A stretch of DNA of 30,589 bases from Patescibacteria group bacterium (GTDB lineage Bacteria > Patescibacteriota > Patescibacteriia > UBA9934). The stretch spans positions 1 through 30,589 of the forward strand of contig JAHISC010000083.1 of assembly GCA_018818445.1 (NCBI GenBank), given 5' to 3'. This document shows positions 1 through 7,300 of this stretch, one piece after another (positions within the stretch are counted from its first letter, which is position 1; each line of letters begins with the position of its first letter). The notes under the pieces are model-generated. The model saw nothing but the letters and a program-made list of their open reading frames with translations. It did not search any database and was not told the DNA's origin. The position numbers and the translations under genes were made by a program.

Positions 1-1
1 A

Positions 2-505
2 ATGATGATCATCTCATTTGTTTTGGCATCTTTCGGACTTTCATTTTTAGTTGGAGCGCCGTTTGTGGCAACGCCAAAGAAAATTGCCAGAGAAATGCTC
101 GAGTTTGCTGAATTTAAACCAGGTGAAACAATTATCGATTTAGGCTCGGGCGATGGTTCAATTTTATTTGTTGCAGCCGAAGAGTTTGGTGCTGATAGAG
201 CCATCGGTTATGAGATTAACCCAATCCTTGTCATAATTTCAAATTTAAGGACTAAATGGAGAAAGAATATACATATTAAAACTATTAGGGCTAATTTTTT
301 TTCACGGCCAGTAGAACAGGTTGATGTTATTGCTACTTATTTGTGGCCAAGTACCATGGATAGGCTAGTAGATAAGCTGAGGTCAGAACTTTCACCTGAG
401 ACCAGGGTTATTTCAAGAGGATTCCAGTTTAAGCAGTCTAAGCCTGAAAAAGAGCTTATTGGAAGCAAATCGAGGTTATATTTGTACCGAGTAGGGGATT
501 TATAA
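2..505 (+). CDS. Class I SAM-dependent methyltransferase with N-terminal hydrophobic segment (may be 5'-partial)
   Basis: APFVATP motif, SAM-binding IIDLGSGDG, GYEINP, VIATYL; begins at the window edge. Confidence 0.8.
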   Translation: MMIISFVLASFGLSFLVGAPFVATPKKIAREMLEFAEFKPGETIIDLGSGDGSILFVAAEEFGADRAIGYEINPILVIISNLRTKWRKNIHIKTIRANFFSRPVEQVDVIATYLWPSTMDRLVDKLRSELSPETRVISRGFQFKQSKPEKELIGSKSRLYLYRVGDL

Positions 506-642
506 ATTAAAATTTATTTTCACACAAACAAAGATTAAAGTTTTGTTTTTTTATTTTTAAAAATCGACACTATACCTAAATAAGCTAATCTTATTTATTA
601 TTCTTATTTGTCTTAAATACATCCTTTAATTTATCTAATATT

Positions 643-678
643 TATGACTAATCTATGACTAATCTATGACTAATCTAT
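643..678 (+). repeat. 11-bp tandem repeat (TATGACTAATC) x3 plus partial
   Basis: Exact units at 643-653, 654-664, 665-675, then TAT. Confidence 0.95.
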
Positions 679-752
679 CTCTATATTCGTTTCTCATATC
701 TTCTCTACAGTATAGCTGGATAATTTTTAGTTCATTTAAAATATATTTTGGC

Positions 753-776
753 TTTTACATCCGATCGGATGTAAAA
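753..776. promoter_or_regulatory. Perfect 24-bp palindrome TTTTACATCCGATCGGATGTAAAA, probable operator or element end
   Basis: Self-complementary; ends 7 nt before ATG 784 and overlaps a TAAAAT -10-like hexamer (772-777). Confidence 0.8.
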
Positions 777-783
777 TTAAGGA

Positions 784-1308
784 ATGAAAAAACACCAGAA
801 ACAAAATAATAGAACCATTGCTTTTACCCAGCAAGTTCTGTTGGACATGCTTTTAATAGTTGGAGAATTATACGAAACAGGCATGAAAACCTATCGCGGT
901 CCTTTTTCTAGACCACGTGAGAAAGTTGGTGATAGATTTGCAAAAAAACAATGCCAAGGTATCAACGAACTAAAGAAACGAGGACGTATCAGGATAATAA
1001 AAAATGGTGAAAAGCAGTTTTTTGAATTAACTCAAAAAGGCTATCAAGAAGCCTTAAAATCGAGGATAATTACAAAAAGCAAGATGATGCCAGATGGAGA
1101 TTTTTGTCTTGTCGTATTCGATGTTCCTGAGGATATAAGAAAGGTTAGATGGGCCTTTAGAAGATTACTTAAGAAGGCTGATTTTTATCAGGTTCAAAAA
1201 AGTGTTTGGGAAAGCGACAGAGAAGTTGTGGAGGAGTTAAGAGAACTGGTCAAACAACTAAAGGCTGAGCAGTATATCAGAGTTTATCGCGCTAACGGTG
1301 AGCGATAG
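784..1308 (+). CDS. PaaX-like protein (wHTH-like N-terminus + Cas2-like ferredoxin-fold domain), copy 1
   Basis: FELTQKG at the end of the wing, then LVVFDVPEDIRKVR...LKKADFYQVQKSVW, the PaaX-central/Cas2-like signature. Confidence 0.8.
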   Translation: MKKHQKQNNRTIAFTQQVLLDMLLIVGELYETGMKTYRGPFSRPREKVGDRFAKKQCQGINELKKRGRIRIIKNGEKQFFELTQKGYQEALKSRIITKSKMMPDGDFCLVVFDVPEDIRKVRWAFRRLLKKADFYQVQKSVWESDREVVEELRELVKQLKAEQYIRVYRANGER

Positions 1309-1322
1309 CATTCCTTAATAAC

Positions 1323-1343
1323 ACATCCGATCGGATGTAAAAT
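1323..1343. repeat. Second copy of the palindrome (ACATCCGATCGGATGT-AAAAT) downstream of PaaX-like copy 1
   Basis: 21 nt identical to 757-777; starts 14 nt after the stop codon. Confidence 0.9.
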
Positions 1344-1380
1344 CAAGGATTGGTGTTATTGGTTGGGTTTGCAAGATGTG

Positions 1381-1450
1381 TATTCCATATTCCATATTTT
1401 ATATTCCATACGTTATGTTTCAGGTTCTATATTCTAGGTTCTATATTCCA
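1381..1450 (+). repeat. Degenerate heptamer tandem array (TATTCCA-like x10)
   Basis: TATTCCA TATTCCA TATTTTA TATTCCA TACGTTA TGTTTCA GGTTCTA TATTCTA GGTTCTA TATTCCA. Confidence 0.85.
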
Positions 1451-1563
1451 GGTTTGACCATCAGACTTGGTTGGTTTCAACATTACACATTCAACATACT
1501 ATGCCCCAAATTCCTAGTTACAGGAGACATCTTGTGTGGGCATAGATTATACGAAAATTGATT

Positions 1564-1591
1564 TTGCACACTTGAAAGAATCTGATACAAT
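1564..1591 (+). promoter_or_regulatory. Putative sigma70 promoter TTGCAC-N16-TACAAT with extended -10 TG
   Basis: TGaTACAAT at 1583-1591, 10 nt before ATG 1602. Confidence 0.5.
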
Positions 1592-1601
1592 ACCACCCGT
1601 T

Positions 1602-2177
1602 ATGAACAATGAAGTTGTACTCGATATTGAGACTCAAAATACTTTTCAAGAAGTAGGTGGCTATCATACAGATAAACTTAAAGTTTCTGTGGTAGTCGCT
1701 TATTTTTATGAGACAGATGAATTTGTTGCTTACGAAGAGCAGCAATTACCACAACTTTTTCAACGTCTGGAGCAAAGCGGACGGATTATTGGTTACAATA
1801 ACATCGGTTTTGATATTCCGGTTCTAAATAATTACTACGTCGGTGATTTACTGCAGCTTCCACAGCTGGACATGTTAGCCAAAATTCACAGCTCCCTTGG
1901 GTATAGGATTAAACTCGATGATGTAGCTGCTGCAACTATTGGTATGGGCAAATCGGCTCACGGACTGCAAGCGGTGCAGTGGTGGAAAGAGGGTAAAGTG
2001 AGAGAAATTATCGATTATTGTACTCAGGATGTCAGAGTGACCAGAGATGTTTACGAATTTGGTAAAGAAAATGGCTTTATTCTGTTTGACGACAGGATGG
2101 GGGAACGCAGGCAGGTGAATATAGATTTTCATCCTTCAGAGGAAAAAGCTCAGATAAATCTTTCTATGGGATTTTGA
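1602..2177 (+). CDS. RNase H-like/DEDD 3'-5' exonuclease domain protein (YprB/RNase_H_2-like)
   Basis: VVLDIETQ (Exo I), IIGYNNIGFDIPVL (Exo II), YCTQDV (Exo III); ATG 1602 preferred to GTG 1536 because of the promoter position. Confidence 0.8.
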   Translation: MNNEVVLDIETQNTFQEVGGYHTDKLKVSVVVAYFYETDEFVAYEEQQLPQLFQRLEQSGRIIGYNNIGFDIPVLNNYYVGDLLQLPQLDMLAKIHSSLGYRIKLDDVAAATIGMGKSAHGLQAVQWWKEGKVREIIDYCTQDVRVTRDVYEFGKENGFILFDDRMGERRQVNIDFHPSEEKAQINLSMGF

Positions 2178-2196
2178 TGATTTTGCGACACATTTC

Positions 2197-2205
2197 TGTG
2201 GATAA
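2197..2205 (-). promoter_or_regulatory. Perfect DnaA box (TTATCCACA on minus strand) upstream of nrdJ
   Basis: TGTGGATAA at 2197-2205. Confidence 0.65.
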
Positions 2206-2218
2206 CATAAAAATTCAG

Positions 2219-2266
2219 CCACAACATCTTGTGGTACAATAGCCCTGGTGACACAACATGTTGTGT
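2219..2266. promoter_or_regulatory. Tandem NrdR boxes
   Basis: CCACAACATCTTGTGG (2219-2234) and perfect palindrome ACACAACATGTTGTGT (2251-2266), starts 32 bp apart, flanking an extended -10 TGgTACAAT (2232-2240); matches the known 16-bp NrdR box pairing upstream of RNR genes. Confidence 0.8.
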
Positions 2267-2352
2267 TGCTCGCCGTCAGGGAAAACATTGGGTCCCCAAA
2301 TCAGGGATCTTTTTCTTCCCTAAATTTCATTCAATTTTTTGATGCTCGACCT

Positions 2353-5300
2353 ATGAACGAACAAATTTCTCCATCGTCTCAGAATTTAGGTGTTGAAAAG
2401 AAGGCAGACCATCTTTCCAATGCAGTTTGGCAATACATCACTGCTATCAAATCAATAACTAAAAGATCTGGAGAGGAACAAGCTTTTGAGGTGGAAAAGC
2501 TTCATCACTCGATTTATAGTGCTTTAGAAGAGGCTGGAATTAAAAGTGAAGGTCGAGCTGAGCAAATTGCAGCCCAGGTTACATCTAGACTTCAGAGAAT
2601 TTTCAATGGTCATAGTATTCCCAGTACAGCTGATGTTCGAGAGGTAGTTTCCATGACTTTTATCGACAATAATTTGGTTCATGTTGCAAAAAAGTATATT
2701 GCATTTAGACAATCGTTAGCTCCAGAGACAACAGGTGAACCGGTTTATGGACGAGGTATAACTTTTGAAAGATTTTTTACTAAAGAAGGCTTGCATCCAT
2801 TCGACGAGATTGAATGGGAAATGCGTACTGCTTCTATTAAGGATTCCAAGGGTAGCGTTGTTTTTGAACAAACTGGCATCGAAACACCAAAATCATGGTC
2901 ACAAACAGCAACTAATATTGTGGCTCAGAAGTATTTTAGAGGCAAAGTCGGTGCATCAGACAGAGAATCATCAATGAAGCAACTAGTAAGCCGAGTAGCT
3001 ACAACTATTGCTAACTGGGGAAGGACTAACGGTTATTTTGAAGCAGTTTATGATGCACAGACCTTTGAAGATGAGCTTACTCACCTCCTGATTCATCAGA
3101 AAGCTGCTTTTAATAGTCCTGTTTGGTTTAATGTTGGTGTTAGTCCACATCCTCAGTGTTCTGCTTGTTTTATCAACTCAGTAGCCGATGATATGCGCTC
3201 TATTATGCATTTGGCTACCACTGAGAGTATGCTTTTTAAAGGCGGATCCGGCACTGGTTCGAATCTGTCCACACTAAGATCGTCAAAGGAGTTTTTAGGT
3301 CATTCCAATGGCAAGTCTTCTGGACCGATTTCATTCATGAAAGGTTTTGATGCTTTTGCCGGAGTAGTCAAGTCAGGCGGAAAAACGCGTCGAGCTGCAA
3401 AAATGGTCATTCTAAACATCGATCATCCTGATATTGAAGAATTTATTTTGTGTAAAGTAAAAGAAGAGAAAAAAGCCTGGGCTTTAATTGATGCTGGTTA
3501 TGACGCTTCCATGGACGGAGATGCTTATGGGTCCATTTTCTTCCAAAATGCTAACAACTCTGTACGCGTTACAGATGATTTTATGCAGGCAGTCGAAAAC
3601 GGTGCAAAATGGACAACCAAAGAAGTTACCTCTGGAAAACCATCAGATACTTACGAAGCACGTGATTTAATGAACAAGATGGCAGATGCTGCTTGGACTT
3701 GCGGTGATCCTGGAATTCAATACGACACAACTGTTAATCGTTGGCATACTTGTAAAAATTCAGGCCGCATAAATGCTTCCAATCCATGTTCTGAATACAT
3801 GTTTTTAGATGACTCTGCGTGCAACCTAGCTTCCTTGAACTTGATGAAATTCAGAAAAGAAGTAAATGGACTGATGGAATTTGACGCCGAGGCCTTTAAG
3901 CGTGCTTCAGCAGTCATCATTACAGCCATGGAAATTATTATTAGCAGTTCTAGTTATCCAACGCCAGCTATTGAGCACAACAGTAACGATTTCCGACCAT
4001 TGGGAATAGGTTTTGCTAATCTTGGTGCTTTACTGATGAGCTTTGGGTTGGCTTATGATTCGGATAAAGGGCGTAACTTAGCAGGTTCGATTATGTCTTT
4101 GCTCTCTGGGCATTGTTACTATCAGTCAGCCAAGATTGCAGAGAAGGTGGGACCATTTAATCGTTATAAAGAAAATGAAGAACCAATGCTCGAGGTTATG
4201 CACATGCATCGTGAAGCCGCGTATAATATTCCGGCCGAAGGTGTTGCTTCTGATTTGCTTTTTGAAGCACGCAAAGCCTGGGATGAAGCTGTTCGTCATG
4301 GAGAAGAACATGGTTTTAGAAATGCACAAATTTCAGTTTTGGCACCGACCGGTACAATTGGATTTTTGATGGACTGTGACACTACCGGAATTGAGCCAGA
4401 CATTGCTTTGGTAAAATATAAATGGTTGGTTGGTGGCGGTATGGTTAAAATCGTCAACAGTACCGTTCCAGAGGCTCTGGCTCGTTTGGGCTATGGGGAT
4501 AGCGAGGTAAAGGATATCTTGGCTTATATTGACGCTAAAGACACAATAGAGGGTGCACCATTTTTGAAAGACGAGCATTTATCAGTATTTGATTGTGCTT
4601 TTAAAGCCAAGAACGGAACTCGTACTATTCATTACATGGGACATTTGCGTATGATGGCCGCTGTGCAGCCTTTTATCTCAGGAGCGATCAGTAAAACAGT
4701 CAACATGCCGCACAATGCCACCATAGAAGATATTCAAGAGGTTTACATGGAAGGTTGGAAAATGGGAGTGAAAGCAATCGCCATTTATCGCGACGGTTCC
4801 AAGAGACAACAGGCTCTTACTACATCCAAGTCAAGTACTGAGAAAAAAGAAGTTAAAGAAGAAGAGGCACCAGTACAGACTCACGTCGAGACTAGGACAG
4901 TTGCACACACAGCCGATTTTACTCCACGTCGTCGTCGTTTACCTGATGAGCGTCGCTCAATTACTCACCGATTCATGATTGGAAGCCACAAAGGTTATAT
5001 TACTGTTGGCCTCTATGATGATGGCAAGCCAGGTGAAATATTCGTGACCATGGCTAAAGAAGGTTCAGTTATTAGTGGTCTAATGGATAGTTTTGCTACG
5101 GCTGTCTCTATAGCTTTGCAGTATGGTGTGCCGTTGCAGATTTTAGTTAACAAGTTTGTCCACAAGCGTTTTGAACCATCAGGTTTCACTAATAATCCAA
5201 ATATACGAGTAGCTAAATCAATTGTTGACTACCTTTCACGCTGGCTGGCTTTAAAGTTTTTATCGGAAGAAGAACAGAGAATGGTAGGGATCAATAATAT

Positions 5301-5571
5301 GAGCTCACTACCAGAGAATAAGTTAAGTCTTGGTTCTGCGCCGTCGAAAGGTGAAGAACAGGCACAAAAGAACTTATTTAATGGTGATGGAGAAGAAAAA
5401 GAAGAAAGTGAATTAGCCACAGCTCCAACTAGCTCGAGCATCGCTTCTCATACAGCCACATTTGATAATTCAGCAGATGCACCGCCTTGTGACACTTGTG
5501 GCTCGATCATGGTGCGCAACGGAGCTTGTTATAAGTGTCTGAATTGTGGCGGAACAAGCGGATGTTCGTAG
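2353..5571 (+). CDS. nrdJ: Class II (adenosylcobalamin-dependent) ribonucleotide reductase with N-terminal ATP cone and C-terminal TSCPD/Zn-ribbon domain
   Basis: ATP cone (TKRSGEEQAFEVEKL), PQCSACFI, NPCSEY, APTGTI, SKTVNMP, C-terminal CDTC...CLNCGGTSGCS; ATG 2353 preferred because GTG 2248 lies directly beside NrdR box 2. Confidence 0.95.
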   Translation: MNEQISPSSQNLGVEKKADHLSNAVWQYITAIKSITKRSGEEQAFEVEKLHHSIYSALEEAGIKSEGRAEQIAAQVTSRLQRIFNGHSIPSTADVREVVSMTFIDNNLVHVAKKYIAFRQSLAPETTGEPVYGRGITFERFFTKEGLHPFDEIEWEMRTASIKDSKGSVVFEQTGIETPKSWSQTATNIVAQKYFRGKVGASDRESSMKQLVSRVATTIANWGRTNGYFEAVYDAQTFEDELTHLLIHQKAAFNSPVWFNVGVSPHPQCSACFINSVADDMRSIMHLATTESMLFKGGSGTGSNLSTLRSSKEFLGHSNGKSSGPISFMKGFDAFAGVVKSGGKTRRAAKMVILNIDHPDIEEFILCKVKEEKKAWALIDAGYDASMDGDAYGSIFFQNANNSVRVTDDFMQAVENGAKWTTKEVTSGKPSDTYEARDLMNKMADAAWTCGDPGIQYDTTVNRWHTCKNSGRINASNPCSEYMFLDDSACNLASLNLMKFRKEVNGLMEFDAEAFKRASAVIITAMEIIISSSSYPTPAIEHNSNDFRPLGIGFANLGALLMSFGLAYDSDKGRNLAGSIMSLLSGHCYYQSAKIAEKVGPFNRYKENEEPMLEVMHMHREAAYNIPAEGVASDLLFEARKAWDEAVRHGEEHGFRNAQISVLAPTGTIGFLMDCDTTGIEPDIALVKYKWLVGGGMVKIVNSTVPEALARLGYGDSEVKDILAYIDAKDTIEGAPFLKDEHLSVFDCAFKAKNGTRTIHYMGHLRMMAAVQPFISGAISKTVNMPHNATIEDIQEVYMEGWKMGVKAIAIYRDGSKRQQALTTSKSSTEKKEVKEEEAPVQTHVETRTVAHTADFTPRRRRLPDERRSITHRFMIGSHKGYITVGLYDDGKPGEIFVTMAKEGSVISGLMDSFATAVSIALQYGVPLQILVNKFVHKRFEPSGFTNNPNIRVAKSIVDYLSRWLALKFLSEEEQRMVGINNMSSLPENKLSLGSAPSKGEEQAQKNLFNGDGEEKEESELATAPTSSSIASHTATFDNSADAPPCDTCGSIMVRNGACYKCLNCGGTSGCS

Positions 5572-5593
5572 GGTTTAACGATTGTTTTGAAAG

Positions 5594-5622
5594 AAAAGCA
5601 GATCCAAGAGGGTCTGCTTTTT
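5594..5622 (+). terminator. Intrinsic terminator after nrdJ
   Basis: AAAAGCAGATCC-AAGA-GGGTCTGCTTTT(T) stem-loop with T run. Confidence 0.8.
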
Positions 5623-5645
5623 GTTTTCTGCTATAATACTTATGT

Positions 5646-5981
5646 ATGCATAAAACAAATCGCGTTTGGGACGTTTTAGTCCTTTGGCCCTTTATATATT
5701 TAATCTTGGCAATCATTTTTACTGTTGTTATATCTTTTATAACAACTGATGCTTCTATTCCAGAAGAAGTAATGGGTGCTTTAGTGGCACTTGGCTCACT
5801 CTTCTTTCTGATCCATATCACCAGCATAGTGCTCATGATTGTAGTTTACATCTATGCCATTCATCGTTTGTACACGCAAACCAGGCTGCCAGATGATGAG
5901 AAAAAGAAGTGGCTAATTTTGATTATTCTTTTCAACTTTATTGCTATTCCGTTTCTACACTTTATGTACTTGCGAAAATAG
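5646..5981 (+). CDS. Small membrane protein with PLDc_N-like C-terminus
   Basis: Three hydrophobic segments; DEKKKWLILIILFNFIAIPF; extended -10 TGcTATAAT at 5629-5637. Confidence 0.6.
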   Translation: MHKTNRVWDVLVLWPFIYLILAIIFTVVISFITTDASIPEEVMGALVALGSLFFLIHITSIVLMIVVYIYAIHRLYTQTRLPDDEKKKWLILIILFNFIAIPFLHFMYLRK

Positions 5982-6013
5982 TGATAGTATTGGAACAACT
6001 TCTAGGGTTTAAG

Positions 6014-6041
6014 AAGGGCAGGCCAGAGTGCTTGTCCTTTT
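6014..6041 (+). terminator. Possible intrinsic terminator
   Basis: AAGGGCAGGC-CAGAGT-GCTTGTCCTT(TT), stem with G-U pairs. Confidence 0.45.
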
Positions 6042-6083
6042 GCATCTTGAACATCTCAACATTTGAACGTAAGATATTGTTAT

Positions 6084-6662
6084 ATGACACCTCCGGAATT
6101 GGATGAACGAATTAAGGGGCACAAGGGCTATGGTTTGATTCAACTAATCCATGGTCCAGGCAAGGGAAAGAGTACAGCTGCTCTTGGACAGGTAGTGAGA
6201 TGTGCGGGCGCTGGAAGGCGGGCTATAATTATTTATTTTGATAAAGGCGGCCAAGATCACTACTCAGAAAGAGGCTCATTGGACAAATTTGATAATATAG
6301 AATACCTTGCAACCGGTCGTGATCGAATCGATCCAGATAGTGGTAGATTTGATTTTTCGGTGACTGAACTTGATCGGCAAGAGGCAGAAAAGGGATTAGC
6401 CTTGGCTCGTGAAGTTTTGACATCCGGTGTTTACGATCTCGTAGTGCTCGATGAAATCAACTCAACTGTTCAGCTGAAAATGTTGGCTGTCGAAGATGTC
6501 ATAAGTGCATTGGAAAATAAAGATCCAGAAACCGAGGTTATTTTGACTGGCCGAAATCCTAAAGAAGAACTAATTAAGATAGCTCATCTAATTTCAAAAG
6601 TTGAAATGGAACGTCACTATTTTTACTCTGGTGTTCCAGCACGTGAAGGCCTAGATTACTAA
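6084..6662 (+). CDS. btuR: ATP:cob(I)alamin adenosyltransferase, BtuR/CobO (CobA-type) family
   Basis: GLIQLIHGPGKGKSTAALG short P-loop, YDLVVLDEIN, EVILTGR, final GLDY; promoter TTGAAC-N17-TAAGAT (6047-6075) supports ATG 6084. Confidence 0.85.
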   Translation: MTPPELDERIKGHKGYGLIQLIHGPGKGKSTAALGQVVRCAGAGRRAIIIYFDKGGQDHYSERGSLDKFDNIEYLATGRDRIDPDSGRFDFSVTELDRQEAEKGLALAREVLTSGVYDLVVLDEINSTVQLKMLAVEDVISALENKDPETEVILTGRNPKEELIKIAHLISKVEMERHYFYSGVPAREGLDY

Positions 6663-6724
6663 CTGTGGATATCATTGCAAAATGATGTTTACAGCTAGCG
6701 CAGGCTTTTCTATAATCCTTTCGT

Positions 6725-7156
6725 ATGCAAGTTGAAAAAGCAATTGAAAAATTTCTTGAGGGTGAGTCGATTATTGTGGCTGGCAAAACTTTTGATACAG
6801 ACACAGTAGAAGAAATTCGCCTAGAAACCGGTGATAAGATTTATTGGGTACGCGATGGCGGAGATTTGTGGCTGTCAGTAGATCCAGAATCAGAAGAAAT
6901 TATTTTATTTCATACCGTTGAAGAAGAAATTGATTCATCCGGGGATACGGTTTATTTCAAAGGAGAGGATTATGAATTCGAGTTTGAGGGTATAGGACGA
7001 ATTTTAGACGACGGTGAAGAAACTGATGAGATTATTTTTCGAGATTTTTCTGGTCCAGACGGCGAAGTACTCAGGGCAGCCGAGAATACCGTTAGCAATG
7101 AAATTGAGACTTCTATAGGAACAAAGATTACTGATGAAGATTTGCAAGAGGCATAA
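6725..7156 (+). CDS. Acidic hypothetical protein, possibly DUF4178-like
   Basis: Very Glu/Asp-rich beta-type ORF; promoter TTTACA-N17-TATAAT (6688-6716); the family call is only a weak resemblance. Confidence 0.55.
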   Translation: MQVEKAIEKFLEGESIIVAGKTFDTDTVEEIRLETGDKIYWVRDGGDLWLSVDPESEEIILFHTVEEEIDSSGDTVYFKGEDYEFEFEGIGRILDDGEETDEIIFRDFSGPDGEVLRAAENTVSNEIETSIGTKITDEDLQEA

Positions 7157-7171
7157 TTGGTAGATTGTAGA

Positions 7172-7212
7172 CAACTTATCCACAGTAAACTTAGTTTACT
7201 GTGGATAAGTTG
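7172..7212. promoter_or_regulatory. 41-bp palindrome: two inverted perfect DnaA boxes flanking AAACTTAGTTT
   Basis: 20-bp perfect arms around a 1-nt centre; TTATCCACA 7176-7184, TGTGGATAA 7200-7208. Confidence 0.85.
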
Positions 7213-7300
7213 GTTGAGGAAAAATACAAGAATTAACAGCGGAGTTTTATCTGTACCATAAATATTTCGGCTTTGAGCTGAATTGCGGTAAAATGGGCTG

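Noticed and set aside
784-1308. Calling the Cas2-like genes part of a CRISPR-Cas locus
   Set aside because: No cas1, effector or repeat-spacer array in the window; both proteins have an extra N-terminal wHTH-like region typical of PaaX-like proteins.
643-1450. Tandem repeats as CRISPR arrays
   Set aside because: Units are 7 and 11 bp, directly abutting, with no unique spacers.
1376-1561. 61-aa ORF across the heptamer array
   Set aside because: Its periodic Y/I/P/F content comes from the DNA repeat; no supporting signals.
2248-2352. GTG start extending nrdJ by 35 aa
   Set aside because: The extension overlaps NrdR box 2 and begins only 7 nt after the -10; it looks like 5' UTR.
2178-2352. 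Cobalamin riboswitch for nrdJ or btuR
   Set aside because: No B12-box motif recognised, and both leaders are too short for a typical element.
3250-3275. tRNA-like GGTTCGAATC
   Set aside because: Lies in frame within nrdJ (GSGTGSNLS); no cloverleaf around it.
2353-5571. Intein or intron in nrdJ
   Set aside because: Core motifs are contiguous; the extra length is explained by the ATP cone, linker and TSCPD/Zn domain.
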